The position numbers and the translations under genes were made by a program. Below the pieces are notes generated by a model. The model was not told the origin of the DNA and did no database searches. It saw only the letters and a list, made by a program, of their open reading frames with translations. 64,000 nucleotides of DNA from a virus (lineage: Duplodnaviria; Heunggongvirae; Uroviricota; Caudoviricetes), in IMG/VR virus record IMGVR_UViG_3300026549_000001, positions 32,001 through 96,000 of that record. One strand, written 5' to 3'. This document shows positions 52,023 to 62,996 of the stretch, in pieces. Every line of letters begins with the position of its first letter. Positions within the stretch are counted from its first letter, which is position 1.

Positions 52023-52498
52023 TAACTTAACCTCTCTGCGTATTGCTCTTTGTTTGCTAACCGTATGCCTAAAACAGAATCAATATGCCCTTCTTGGTCG
52101 GGCTTATATCTTCCAAACTTAACAATAATATTTGGAAATTGTTTTAATTGCTCTAATTGGTCTGATATTTCCTCTTTATTATATCCTGTATAAATAACAA
52201 TATCATCTTCTGTTTTTTCCCGAAACGCAGATATTAAATCTATCATCTCTGTACTATCAAATGGTTCAAGTCCACCAAACACAATTGAATGTGTTATATC
52301 ATTAGATAGATATTTATTTACTATGTATTCAGTAGGCAACACGATACAAGACATATTTGCTAAATCACTATTTTGACAAACTGGTTTACCATATTCCTTA
52401 TCACACTTAAAGGTGCAATAAGGAAATATGATAAACATACAGGCTTTTTTATATTGGCAGAAATCCTCTGCTACTATTCCTTTTAATTTTATTTGCAT
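52022..52498 (-). CDS. nrdG: Anaerobic RNR activase-like radical SAM protein
   Basis: CTFKC..CQN, GGLEP, IYTGY, KFGRY. Confidence 0.85.
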   Translation of the reverse strand: MQIKLKGIVAEDFCQYKKACMFIIFPYCTFKCDKEYGKPVCQNSDLANMSCIVLPTEYIVNKYLSNDITHSIVFGGLEPFDSTEMIDLISAFREKTEDDIVIYTGYNKEEISDQLEQLKQFPNIIVKFGRYKPDQEGHIDSVLGIRLANKEQYAERLS

Positions 52499-52757
52499 AT
52501 TTCCTTACTCATCTTTCATAAAATAATACAGTATTAAATAAAAACCAATCCTGTATTTTGTTTTAATAGATTACATTTACTATAAATCACTTCATAAAAA
52601 TATATGAAGGTAAAAGTTTCCCCTGACTGCTTATAGACTGTGCATTGTTATAAACTGGGAAAATTCATAAGTGCCATCTTTTCCAAGAACGCCTATAAAC
52701 TATGCCTGTAACCTACCCGTATTACTATATCAAATGTAAGCAACACAAGTAGGATTT

Positions 52758-53990
52758 TTAATCATCTATTTCAAATTCTATTATCGTTCCATTATAAGCA
52801 TTTATTGAAATTGAATATTCTAAATGCTTAACATTAAATTCAATTTCATATACCCATAAGCCATCATCAAAATCTAATTGTATTTCATAATGAGAGATTT
52901 GGGATTCTGTAACATTAGCTCTTTGAAGTGCAATGTTCTTTGCTTGTGCTTCTGTTATTCTATTAGGTGCAGATGTGGGAGAAGAAGTGTTGTGTATATA
53001 ATCATCGTCTATTTCTTTATTAAAAAATAGTATTGTGGCTTTAATAGCATCAATGATAAATTCGTATTCATATCCACTTGCCTTGAATTCTATATCATAC
53101 ACCATTTTACCATTTTGTCTTTCTAATTCAATAGAAAAATCATAAACACTATTTGCTGACACCCCTGCGTGTAGAATTGCAATTTGTTTTGCAGATTCCG
53201 CACTAATATAATTTGTATTATCTGTTGGTATTGAAGTAGTAGGGACAGAAGTAGGAGTGTTTGTAGGGTTAGGGGTAATGTTTGGGGTGTTTGTGGGCTT
53301 TGGCTGTTGTGTAGGTTGAGAGGTCATATATGGAGGAGTGTCATTTAAATCTACATCAAATGATAAAACTTCACCACTAATAGCATCAACTTCTACATCA
53401 TATTCAAAAGAAGAATTAGCCAAAAACTCTACATCATATATCATTCTCCCATCATCTTTCTTAAATTCTGTATGTGTCCAAACAACATCCTTTGCGTTTA
53501 TATGAGCATAATTGTAAGCAATATTAATAGCTTCTGCTTCACTTATATATGTAGGCTGTGGAACATTTGTGGGAGCAGTAGTGGAAAGGTTCGGTGTTGG
53601 TATAGGATTTGTTGGCGTAGCTGTACCATAAACAGGGAGTTTTGCTACTTCATACCCAATAATTGCACCGCTTACAGCATTAACGGTCACATCGTACTTG
53701 TGTGCTGTTGTTATAAATTCTATCTCATATACTGGCGTACCGTTTTCAAAATCCGTTTCAACTTGACAAGCAACTACATTAGTTTCAGAAATATTGGCAT
53801 GATTAAATGCAATCATTTTCGCATCTTCTTCTGAAATTATGTGTGGGGGCTTTGGTGTAAACGGGGTTGTAGAATTTAATGGTTTATCCTTGTTTAAATT
53901 AGCATTTTCGGAGTGTGGTCGGGAGGTGCAAGCCATGCCTAAACACATTAACATTGCGATAACCACACAAAAACTTATGTATTTTTTCAT
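52758..53990 (-). CDS. Lipoprotein with four PepSY domains
   Basis: Repeated IS.E.A..IA..A / YEIEF..Y...I.A..G.I units. Confidence 0.88.
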   Translation of the reverse strand: MKKYISFCVVIAMLMCLGMACTSRPHSENANLNKDKPLNSTTPFTPKPPHIISEEDAKMIAFNHANISETNVVACQVETDFENGTPVYEIEFITTAHKYDVTVNAVSGAIIGYEVAKLPVYGTATPTNPIPTPNLSTTAPTNVPQPTYISEAEAINIAYNYAHINAKDVVWTHTEFKKDDGRMIYDVEFLANSSFEYDVEVDAISGEVLSFDVDLNDTPPYMTSQPTQQPKPTNTPNITPNPTNTPTSVPTTSIPTDNTNYISAESAKQIAILHAGVSANSVYDFSIELERQNGKMVYDIEFKASGYEYEFIIDAIKATILFFNKEIDDDYIHNTSSPTSAPNRITEAQAKNIALQRANVTESQISHYEIQLDFDDGLWVYEIEFNVKHLEYSISINAYNGTIIEFEIDD

Positions 53991-54049
53991 GAAAAAAAAA
54001 TTCTCCTTTATACTTTTCGCGTGTGGTTTCCCTCCAAACCACATCACTA

Positions 54050-55402
54050 TTATTGTTCTGCAACAGGGTAGATAATCCTTCTACAATTTTTAAAGGATAA
54101 TCTATTACAAATTACCGTTCCATCTATTCCTGAAATAAAATAATTTACTATTTCCTGTGGCTCGGCAATCCAAGTAACTTTATCTTCTTTGATGTCAGCC
54201 ATTAGTCTATTACTTCTATCAAATATTTGTGCTTGATTATATCCATATCTCATACAGTAGTTAGCTATGACTTCATCGCGTTCTACATCATTTGTTGATT
54301 CACTTATAAATTTATTATCAAAAAATATAACCATAATACTCCTTAATTATAAAATAATACATATATTCTGGAAGTTTCAATATTATTGTCATTATTTAAG
54401 ATTAACCAATTCAATATATCATCTTCCGTGGATTTTCTACCATAACCTGATATTGTTCCTTCTATAATTGCATTGTCTGTAACAACTGTGATAGTATCTC
54501 CTATATTAAAAGAAGCACTTCCACCTTCAGATGATATAACAATTCTATTGTTCAATAACCTAAAGAGTGCGCCTGTTGTCCTTAATGAGTACACATATCG
54601 TTTAACCATTATTAATACTCCCTGTTTATATATTTACCCTTGAAATTATATATAGAATCTTCTGCGACTTCTAACTTTAATTTAGGCACAATTCTTTTTA
54701 ATTGATTGTCCCTTATTGAACATAAAAGTTCCAAATATTGTTCCCCTGTTTTACAAAAACGGAATTTATCAAACTCCCATTCTGTTTCAGGGATATGAGC
54801 AATTAGCCAATTTGCGTAACAGGATATATCATAAGTCTGGGATAGGTTTTGTAGGTTTGGAAGGGTGTTAGTGAAATAATATCCGTTATTTCTATAATGG
54901 TTGATTAAAAGGTTCATGCAAACAACTGCTTGAGATGCTTTTGTTAGTCCTTCACCCTTTTCAGGCAACCATTTCTTTTCAATCTCTCCCCAATCTAATG
55001 GGGGCTTTTCTTTATGCATCACATGAAATCCTCTTCATCGTATGTTTCTTCAACCCACTTTTCAAAATCTCGGAGAGTTTGTCCATCACCATTACCGCAT
55101 AACAGGTCAGCATCCCTCCAAGAGTAATTTTCTCCGTGTGTCATTAAAAACCCTCTCCCATAAGAATAATAACCTCTTATATCTTCAAGAGTCTTTCCTT
55201 TGGTTTTTAGATATTCTTCAAGAATTGTGTTAAATCTTACATCAGGGAAAAACTCAACCGCTACAAGGCAATACAGGCATTCGCTTTCATCCGCGTAATC
55301 TTCAGACCTATAAATTTTTGAAGCATAGTTATATAAAACCTCATCCCAACCACTATCGGTCAACACATCTTTATTTTGTGCATATTGCCATACATCAAAC
55401 AT
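54050..55402 (-). CDS. Four small hypothetical proteins
   Basis: ORF track. Confidence 0.5.
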
Positions 55403-55522
55403 ATAAAATACCTCGTTAATCTATTTTTATTATACACCCCATAATACCACTTCTATATATTGCAAAATGGTCTGTGGGTACTGTGAAGATTTTCTTGTTA
55501 TTCTCTTTATAATCTTTCACAT

Positions 55523-55551
55523 ATTATACCAAACATAAATAAAATTGTCAA
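55523..55551 (-). promoter_or_regulatory. Consensus sigma-A promoter
   Basis: TTGACA-17 bp-TATAAT. Confidence 0.75.
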
Positions 55552-55604
55552 TTAGCAAAAAGGGGGAATGCTTTTTTATATACACATTCTCCCTTCCATA
55601 TCTA

Positions 55605-57545
55605 TTATACTACATCCGTACAAAAACCGATAGTAGAATTATTCTCCCAAATACGATGCTCAAATTCGCTTTTTCTGTCTTTACTCCATGCGGCGGTTTT
55701 TGTATAAAAGCCTACAATACGAGCAAATGTAGCTTCTGCGGGGTCACCACAAGTAGGACAAGTTTTTCCATAAAATAAATGGTTATGTTTACATTGACTA
55801 ATTTTACCAGTGAATGCAAAATACTTTACACCTTTATCTGCTACATAATTAAGTAACTCCCAAGCCGTATTTTTGTCAGAAACTTCGGTATCTAAACAGA
55901 TATGACAAATTGAGCCGCCATCACAATAACTATCGAAAATTGAGCAGATTTTTATGCGCTCTTGTAGTGTTGTTTTAATTCCAAGAGGAATCCATTGGTT
56001 TCCCAACAAAGATAACTCATAGTTTACATTAAATAATAATTCGTTGGACTGTTTAAACTTAACTGCGGCAGATTCACCAGGAACTTGCTCAATATTTATC
56101 TTGTAATCTTTGTCCTTTTGATATTCGGTAATAACATTGTGTAATGTTTCAAAAATATTACGCCCAAACTCAAAGGCTTCTGGGGTATAATAAGTATCTC
56201 CTAACTCATCTACATAGGTATATCCAAAATGTTTAAGTGTTTCATATATACCATTAACTCCAAGCGTATTATATAAATGTTCAAAATCCATCAACCCGTC
56301 TTGGAAGTTGGGTAATAAATTTCTTGCAACATTCTTTTTAAGAATATTACGAACAATATGTAGAGCATGAAGAGCTATAATTGCCCTATCTGACAATATA
56401 GATAAATATTCCTTTTCATTCTTGGCTTCAAGAGCTATTCTGGCAAGATTAAGCGTGTTTACCTTTACGCTACCAACTTTTAAGGCAGTACCCCCAATTG
56501 AATTAAAGTATAGTTCCGTAATATCCGATTTAAGTCTACAGCAATTAGAAAGAGATGTTACCGTATCATCAATAAAATAATTGCTGTCCATCCACTTTCT
56601 ATTATGTTCACAAACCCACCTTGCAAATTCTTCATCTGCAAACTTATTATTTTTACGCAATAGTGATATGGTGTTAACTGGGAATGTAAACATATTTCCC
56701 CTATCTTTAATGGCTTTCATTTCTTCTAAAAACCATTTTTGAAATTTCATAATGCCGTCTTTATGGTCTATCATAAGTTCGCCATCAGGGAAAACTGAAC
56801 CCCCAAAAAGAGCATCAAAATAATAACCATCAAATATAGATGTGTTTACAAATGCACTTTGAATCCCATCTCGACAATACGGTTGATTAATAGCGTAGAT
56901 GAGTCTTTGAATTTCGGATTTGGCAAATTTTTCAGGAGTTTTGTTTCGTGGGTAAGATTTGTTAGCAATATCATTTTTCCAAAAATAATACATATAAGGA
57001 ATTAAATTCGGGAGTCCGCAAGCTCCAGAAGATTTGTTACTGGCGTAACTAATGAACTCTTTAACAAAATCTACAAAAGTTTCAAGGTGCTTTGGTGGCT
57101 CAATATTCATATTTTCCGTGGTTAGCCAAAAAAGTCCGTCTGTTGCCATTTTGGTAAGGTCATAAGCAAAACAGTAAGGTAGAAGGGTAGAGGTGGAAAA
57201 ATCGTGCATATATAAGGCTTTACTCCACTCTAACTCCATCCATTTTTTTGCAATACGAAGTCCAAATTCTTGTTTTAGCTCTAAAAAGATTTTATGAAAA
57301 GCCATTAGCTTTTCATCGGGTTTAGATATTTCGCCACGCAAGGTCGTAATATCTCTATTTTTAACATTAGCCGAACTGTCTACTGAAACATCAGCAGTTG
57401 TATTTGCTTTTGTGAAATTATCTAAAAAATCATTATGGTTTAATTGAGATTCAGCCAGCCCGTTTAAGTATTCAAAATCTTCTCCATACTTTTCCTTCAT
57501 AGCCTCCCAAGCACGAAGGAAGTCTTTATTCATTTTTGCCATCAC
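55605..57545 (-). CDS. nrdD: Class III anaerobic ribonucleotide reductase
   Basis: PYCFAY, FTFPV, SNCCRL, EQVPGE, CxxC and RIVGFY glycyl-radical motif. Confidence 0.93.
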   Translation of the reverse strand: MMAKMNKDFLRAWEAMKEKYGEDFEYLNGLAESQLNHNDFLDNFTKANTTADVSVDSSANVKNRDITTLRGEISKPDEKLMAFHKIFLELKQEFGLRIAKKWMELEWSKALYMHDFSTSTLLPYCFAYDLTKMATDGLFWLTTENMNIEPPKHLETFVDFVKEFISYASNKSSGACGLPNLIPYMYYFWKNDIANKSYPRNKTPEKFAKSEIQRLIYAINQPYCRDGIQSAFVNTSIFDGYYFDALFGGSVFPDGELMIDHKDGIMKFQKWFLEEMKAIKDRGNMFTFPVNTISLLRKNNKFADEEFARWVCEHNRKWMDSNYFIDDTVTSLSNCCRLKSDITELYFNSIGGTALKVGSVKVNTLNLARIALEAKNEKEYLSILSDRAIIALHALHIVRNILKKNVARNLLPNFQDGLMDFEHLYNTLGVNGIYETLKHFGYTYVDELGDTYYTPEAFEFGRNIFETLHNVITEYQKDKDYKINIEQVPGESAAVKFKQSNELLFNVNYELSLLGNQWIPLGIKTTLQERIKICSIFDSYCDGGSICHICLDTEVSDKNTAWELLNYVADKGVKYFAFTGKISQCKHNHLFYGKTCPTCGDPAEATFARIVGFYTKTAAWSKDRKSEFEHRIWENNSTIGFCTDVV

Positions 57546-57832
57546 ACACCTCTATCATTTATCCATTTTATAGCTTCAGTAAAATCATATAATTCACCAT
57601 TAACAGATAGAACAGGAACACTCATTATTCCTAAAGAAAGCATTTCCTCTGTATCTGTATTTTCTGTAAATGCTATTCCCTTTTGAGTTAGCTTTGTTGC
57701 TAACACCTTGCATTTGGGACAATTAGTAGAATATAATATTATTCCTTCCTTTACAGAAATATTTTTTCGTTCTGTATTTGTATTGTTAATAACACAAGTA
57801 GAACATTCATTCATTTTTATTCTTTCCTCCAA
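57542..57832 (-). CDS. Glutaredoxin/NrdH-like protein
   Basis: CPKC..SVPVL..G; adjacent to nrdD. Confidence 0.8.
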   Translation of the reverse strand: MEERIKMNECSTCVINNTNTERKNISVKEGIILYSTNCPKCKVLATKLTQKGIAFTENTDTEEMLSLGIMSVPVLSVNGELYDFTEAIKWINDRGV

Positions 57833-57868
57833 TTCATTAGAACATTATTGAGGGGGAATTCCTCAATT

Positions 57869-60607
57869 TTACAAATAGTCATCAATGTTCTTGACTTCTA
57901 CGGGTTTTTCCCCCATCGTTATTAAATAGTCTATATTTTGACTTTGTTGATTTATCGCAAAAGGCTCTCCATTTATTAATGCTTGATTTTCTGTTACTGT
58001 TGGAATATCAATTACTAACGGTCTTTCTGGTGGAGTAGTATCTTCCCCTGAAACACTATTATTGATTTTCAACTTTGGTTTTTTATTCTTATAGATATAT
58101 GGAATAATCCTATACATCTCCTGATTGCCCTTTTTAGATAATAATGGATATTTAGAAATGATTAACGCTGTAGGGGATTTTCCTCTATATGGTTTACGCA
58201 AATCCATAATAGAATATCCTTTTCCCTCATATTTCTGAACACCCGCCAATAAATCAGCAGTAGTCTGTGTAGCTCCTGCGTGTATTATAAATGAATTTAT
58301 TGTGCCTAATATAGCATTAACAAAATACTCTCCTGCGTTCATAGCTATTTGGTTTACATCTAAAATAGAGAATACAGTTTGACATCCTCCAGACCTTCCT
58401 TTTTCCAACAGGTCTTTAATTAGAGTAGAACTCTCCATTGTTCCAAACTCATCAATACATAATAATAATCTTGGGTTATATCTCTTTCGAGTACCCCTAT
58501 CCATTATGTCTTGGAATATAAAAGAACTCATACTATTTGCTAACGCTTTATTAGCACTTATAAATGAAAAACAGATAACATATTGTTTCTCTGTTTCAAA
58601 TGAAAACTTATTACCACCATCCACTAACATTTCTTTAGCTTTGGAAGTTAATAATATTTCAAGCTGTTTTGTTAGAGTAGCAAAACCATCTCTTTCATTA
58701 CTTTCGGGTTTATAAGAATACATAAACTGTTGTAACCCTACTAAATAATTAATGGTTTCATTCTTTTGCTCCCTATATTTATCATACGCTCTAATAACAT
58801 TTTGAATGGCTAATTGAGTGGAGGTCTTATAATGCTCATCCGCACCGTCTGAACTCCATCGTCTTGTATTCATTAGAGCTTCTACCTTACCTGTTTCATT
58901 TAGATTAACTAACGGGTCATAAGTAAAGGTACACCGTCTTGCACTAAACTCATAATAAGGTATATCTCTTTCAGAACAATACTTTTGTAAATCATCAAGT
59001 ATCTCTGTTTCACCTTTATAGTCAACAAATACAACGGGCTTTCCATTATTTATTGCTTGTTGCATTATAGACCGCATTGTAGTTGTGTTGTGAGTAACTA
59101 CAAAATTTTCTCCTTGATACAAATGTTCTTCATCAGCTATATAGATACAAGTACATTCCTCTTGATAGTCAAGTTTTCTAATGGCTCTTATGCCAATAAC
59201 CTCACCAAATGATTTTACTCTGCTCCTATTAACGCTATTTGCCATTTTTGCTCGTTCTAATTTATATGAAAGAGTAAAGAACTTTTGTTTATCAATATTA
59301 TTACATTTTATATGTAAATGATAACAAATATGCTTATGTCGGGTATCTTCGGTGATTGATGAAGAAATACCTAATGAGTATAATATTTCTTGTATATCCT
59401 TGATAAGTTGTTTTGAAGTCGAACTATAAGAAACATTATAGCGAGTCGAAATGCCGATTGTACCATCCGTGTCAAATAACCCCTGTAAAAGTTCCCATCT
59501 TTGTTCTATACTACCAAATTTATATTCAAATGGTATATACTTATTATACGAATATGTATTTGTTAAAAGATGTATCAATTCTTCATTTGTCGTTAAGTGT
59601 TTGGCGTGAACTTTATTACCTTCCTCATAACAAAAAGAATAGGTGTAGTTGGATTTTGGAGGTCGTATATAAACAGGGGATTTGCATACTGTATTTAACA
59701 ATCTAACTATTTTATTTGGCACTTCTTCATTTCCAGAAGAAAGCTGTAATTCCCCATAACTGCGACACCCATTGCCTAAAAATGCTCCAATTATATATGG
59801 TGGAATATCATATTTTATAGGAGTAGTGTATACTGCTTGGTTTGCGGGAATAACATTATTCAAAGATGTACCCCTTGTTTTATCTATAAGCGTATGCAAT
59901 TCTACAGTTTTCCAATATTTACTACCATTGCCCCATCTACTTTTATATGTAATTAAATGGTTGCCACTTGCTTTAAAGGTTCTACCATCTGCAAGTTCTA
60001 TTTCATATATATCTAACTTTCCTTGTGGAAATACACCAAGTATTTCGGTTGGGATTCCTTCTCTATTATATACAAAATCTCCAATCTGCAATTCACCCAT
60101 TTGTTTATACAAAAAATTTCCATTATCATATACGGGTATTTTTGCACTATTCGGCTCGGCTTTCCCTGAACCTGATGCGCCTGTAAGTAATGTACCCGCA
60201 GAAAGAATGGTGTCATTTAAGCAAACAGGTCTATTATTATGTTTTAACTCCTTATGATTAACAGGTAGAATCTTACCAATAATAACCTCATCTTTTTTTG
60301 GTTTTCTATTGTTGAATAGTCTGGAAATGCTAAAAATTGTACCACTATAATCTAAATTAGCCCCTTCAAGAATATACCTATATCTATATCTAACATAAAT
60401 GAGTAAAGCTAATCCTAAAACAATATATATTATTGTGGGTAAACCAAATAGAAAAGCAATACCACTAAAAAATAATTGATTTAGATATGCTACAGGGGCA
60501 GTTTGTTTTTTCGCTAATACTACATTAATAACCGTAATAATAAATATTATACCTAAACCAATAAGGGAGTTTAACCACACTCCATTTAATATATTAATCA
60601 TAGTCAA
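57869..60607 (-). CDS. VirD4/TraD-like coupling ATPase containing an intein
   Basis: N-terminal TMs, GASGSGK/TTT, VDYKG, LCIDEFG, KGRSGG. Confidence 0.85.
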   Translation of the reverse strand: MTMINILNGVWLNSLIGLGIIFIITVINVVLAKKQTAPVAYLNQLFFSGIAFLFGLPTIIYIVLGLALLIYVRYRYRYILEGANLDYSGTIFSISRLFNNRKPKKDEVIIGKILPVNHKELKHNNRPVCLNDTILSAGTLLTGASGSGKAEPNSAKIPVYDNGNFLYKQMGELQIGDFVYNREGIPTEILGVFPQGKLDIYEIELADGRTFKASGNHLITYKSRWGNGSKYWKTVELHTLIDKTRGTSLNNVIPANQAVYTTPIKYDIPPYIIGAFLGNGCRSYGELQLSSGNEEVPNKIVRLLNTVCKSPVYIRPPKSNYTYSFCYEEGNKVHAKHLTTNEELIHLLTNTYSYNKYIPFEYKFGSIEQRWELLQGLFDTDGTIGISTRYNVSYSSTSKQLIKDIQEILYSLGISSSITEDTRHKHICYHLHIKCNNIDKQKFFTLSYKLERAKMANSVNRSRVKSFGEVIGIRAIRKLDYQEECTCIYIADEEHLYQGENFVVTHNTTTMRSIMQQAINNGKPVVFVDYKGETEILDDLQKYCSERDIPYYEFSARRCTFTYDPLVNLNETGKVEALMNTRRWSSDGADEHYKTSTQLAIQNVIRAYDKYREQKNETINYLVGLQQFMYSYKPESNERDGFATLTKQLEILLTSKAKEMLVDGGNKFSFETEKQYVICFSFISANKALANSMSSFIFQDIMDRGTRKRYNPRLLLCIDEFGTMESSTLIKDLLEKGRSGGCQTVFSILDVNQIAMNAGEYFVNAILGTINSFIIHAGATQTTADLLAGVQKYEGKGYSIMDLRKPYRGKSPTALIISKYPLLSKKGNQEMYRIIPYIYKNKKPKLKINNSVSGEDTTPPERPLVIDIPTVTENQALINGEPFAINQQSQNIDYLITMGEKPVEVKNIDDYL
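59087..60160 (-). mobile_element. Cis intein (358 aa, class 3-like, LAGLIDADG) in the VirD4-like Walker A
   Basis: Starts with Ala; ASGNH; GAFLGNG and GLFDTDG; CTC; VTHN/T. Confidence 0.9.
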
Positions 60608-60627
60608 TCCTCTCTATATATAAATAC

Positions 60628-60936
60628 TTATGGTTTATAATATATACCATTATTATAATAAAACTCGCCACCTGAAAACCATCCACCGATAGTTTCACCT
60701 ATTTTTTGAGATACATTTACAACAGCTTTTAATGCCGCACCTTGATTTATTCCACCCATAAGAACAAAAGCGATTAGTAACACAACAACTATTCCTGTAA
60801 CAAGTTTCCATGTATCTTCGTAACTATGTTGTAATGCGCTTCTTTCTCTGGAACGCTTCATACTGGCACGGGCTTTAGGTAGGTTTATGTCTACTTTTTC
60901 CTTTTTCTTCTTCTCTTTCTTTTTCTTTTCTTCCAT
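60628..60936 (-). CDS. Small membrane protein
   Basis: Single TM segment. Confidence 0.6.
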   Translation of the reverse strand: MEEKKKKEKKKKEKVDINLPKARASMKRSRERSALQHSYEDTWKLVTGIVVVLLIAFVLMGGINQGAALKAVVNVSQKIGETIGGWFSGGEFYYNNGIYYKP

Positions 60937-60938
60937 AA

Positions 60939-61391
60939 TTACTTACCTCGCATACTTGTTAATACGGACTTTATTTGTTTGTTTGTAAACGCTCCGTACA
61001 CTCTTGAATCTTTACTATGTTCTCTATTATCCCCTAAACAAAAGTATTCATCTGTTCCAAGAGTTATGTTCATATCCTCTGTTTTACCCTCTGTATACCA
61101 TTCATTTATTCTTTCACCATTAACTATTAGTTGTTGGTTTACATACTTAACAGTATCATTAGGCAACCCGATTACCCTTTTCACTATATATTTATCATCT
61201 ATTTTTACAACTACTATATCAAATCGTTTTATATCTGTTACACCATTTCGTACTGCAATTCCTAATTTGCCATTAAGAAGTGTAGGGTTCATAGAATCTC
61301 CACTCACATTATACACCATAAGAAATAAATTCAGTATAAGCATTACTATAATTGTTATAAGCGGTAATATTAAATACTTAATTTTTTTCAT
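60939..61391 (-). CDS. lepB: Signal peptidase I
   Basis: GDSMNPTL, VKRVIGLP, GDNR..S.DSR. Confidence 0.92.
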   Translation of the reverse strand: MKKIKYLILPLITIIVMLILNLFLMVYNVSGDSMNPTLLNGKLGIAVRNGVTDIKRFDIVVVKIDDKYIVKRVIGLPNDTVKYVNQQLIVNGERINEWYTEGKTEDMNITLGTDEYFCLGDNREHSKDSRVYGAFTNKQIKSVLTSMRGK

Positions 61392-62442
61392 CCTGTGTAC
61401 GCTCCTGTTCAATAAGTTTAGCCTGTGCCTCATCATCTTCAAATGAATAATTTGATAAGCGAACAGCAGGGGGAACGAAAGGCATAATATATAATTGACA
61501 AGTTCCTAATCCTCCCACTTCTCTAAAAGCAGTTTTAACTAAATTAGTAATTGCGGGAGTACCACACAAATAAAAGAGTTTACCAAACATTATATTGTCT
61601 TTATAGTGTTTCATAATCTCTATATATTTCTTTGGTGGTTTTGCAGATAATTCTATTTCAATAGAGTAACTTTGAGGTAAACCCTCTTTTCGAGGAACAG
61701 GCACTATTACATCAGGTGTTTGTGTAATAACTGTTCCATCTGATTCTACATATACAATAGGAAACAGCGACAAGTCAGCAAATTCAGATGTATATTTTTT
61801 ACCGCTTTTCATTTCTCTACGCAAATCTTCATGCTTTCTAACTAATTCTGCGGGTTTAAATGTATTAGCCTTGAACATTGCCTCTCGAACAACTATTGTT
61901 CCCATATCAGAATGGATAGGTTCTATCTTTAATGGATGATAGCAAGATAGCATATCTTCCTCTGCACTAATCACTTGCCACAATTCAGAATTAGGGTTTC
62001 CTATCATTAAATCAAACGCTACCTGTTCTTCTCCGCAAGTGTGATTTAATAATCCAAAGGAACTCATAGATAGATACTCTTGGTCTTTTATTTCCATCAT
62101 ATCTAATAAGAATTTTGTAGGGCGAACAAATATGCCTAATGCTGTGGGTTCTATCCACACTAATCCTACAGATACCCATGTAGATACTGTGGTATAACTA
62201 TCTTTCCTGTTGAAGTCCTCAAACCATTGCTGTATCAGCCATAAGGGAGTAAATTTGAAATCTGCCACAATGTATAATACAACTTCTTCTAATTTACCAA
62301 TATTGGTAGAATGATTAATAGTTTTAACTTCTACAAATTCCTTATGATGTAAAATAGCGGGAGATACTTTTGGCGACCTATAAAAACTGTTCTTTGTTGC
62401 CTCTCCATCTTGTAGTTTTAACAAGTCTGTCATTCTACTCAT
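61378..62442 (-). CDS. Probable Replic_Relax (replication-relaxation) family relaxase
   Basis: L.HT, PD..., IEIELS.K..Y pattern; near the VirD4-like gene. Confidence 0.55.
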   Translation of the reverse strand: MSRMTDLLKLQDGEATKNSFYRSPKVSPAILHHKEFVEVKTINHSTNIGKLEEVVLYIVADFKFTPLWLIQQWFEDFNRKDSYTTVSTWVSVGLVWIEPTALGIFVRPTKFLLDMMEIKDQEYLSMSSFGLLNHTCGEEQVAFDLMIGNPNSELWQVISAEEDMLSCYHPLKIEPIHSDMGTIVVREAMFKANTFKPAELVRKHEDLRREMKSGKKYTSEFADLSLFPIVYVESDGTVITQTPDVIVPVPRKEGLPQSYSIEIELSAKPPKKYIEIMKHYKDNIMFGKLFYLCGTPAITNLVKTAFREVGGLGTCQLYIMPFVPPAVRLSNYSFEDDEAQAKLIEQERTQDEKN

Positions 62443-62966
62443 TTTCTCACCACCACATTGGTTAAAATACCCTTATCAGGAATATATACCTTTGGTGTAA
62501 TTGCAAAGTAAATATATACAGTAAACGGTATTATAGCCCATGCAAATAATAGCCAAGAGCTTTTTCCATTCTTAACGGAAAAATCACGCATCATCCAAGT
62601 CCACATAGCAAAATATATAAAGGCTATACCTAATGTTACATAACTACTTATATTTAATATATTAGTTTGAAGTTCGGGAAGCGTAACATATATTTCTGTT
62701 TTTCCATTATTTGTTACAGTAGCGTATTCTGCATAGTTTTCGATACAATCAAATTCATAAATAGCTGTACCAATAAATGCACAAATAGTTAATGCAGATA
62801 GCACAGCAACAGCAATTCCTATAATTTTTTTATCACATAATTTACCTAATATATATTTATTATAAAAAGGTATAAGCGTTTTATACCATTTTTCATCTCG
62901 TGCTTGAAAGATTATACCTCTCATTATAACGCACAGAAAAATTGCAAATATTAACACATACCACAT
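62439..62966 (-). CDS. DUF5684-like membrane protein
   Basis: IF..A...WY..LIPFYN.Y. Confidence 0.6.
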   Translation of the reverse strand: MWYVLIFAIFLCVIMRGIIFQARDEKWYKTLIPFYNKYILGKLCDKKIIGIAVAVLSALTICAFIGTAIYEFDCIENYAEYATVTNNGKTEIYVTLPELQTNILNISSYVTLGIAFIYFAMWTWMMRDFSVKNGKSSWLLFAWAIIPFTVYIYFAITPKVYIPDKGILTNVVVRK

Positions 62967-62996
62967 AAAAACTAATTTCCTTTCACATTATATGAA

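Noticed and set aside
52499-52757. Possible ncRNA or riboswitch upstream of nrdG (also the gap at 29000-29300)
   Set aside because: No recognisable conserved motif; would need a covariance-model search
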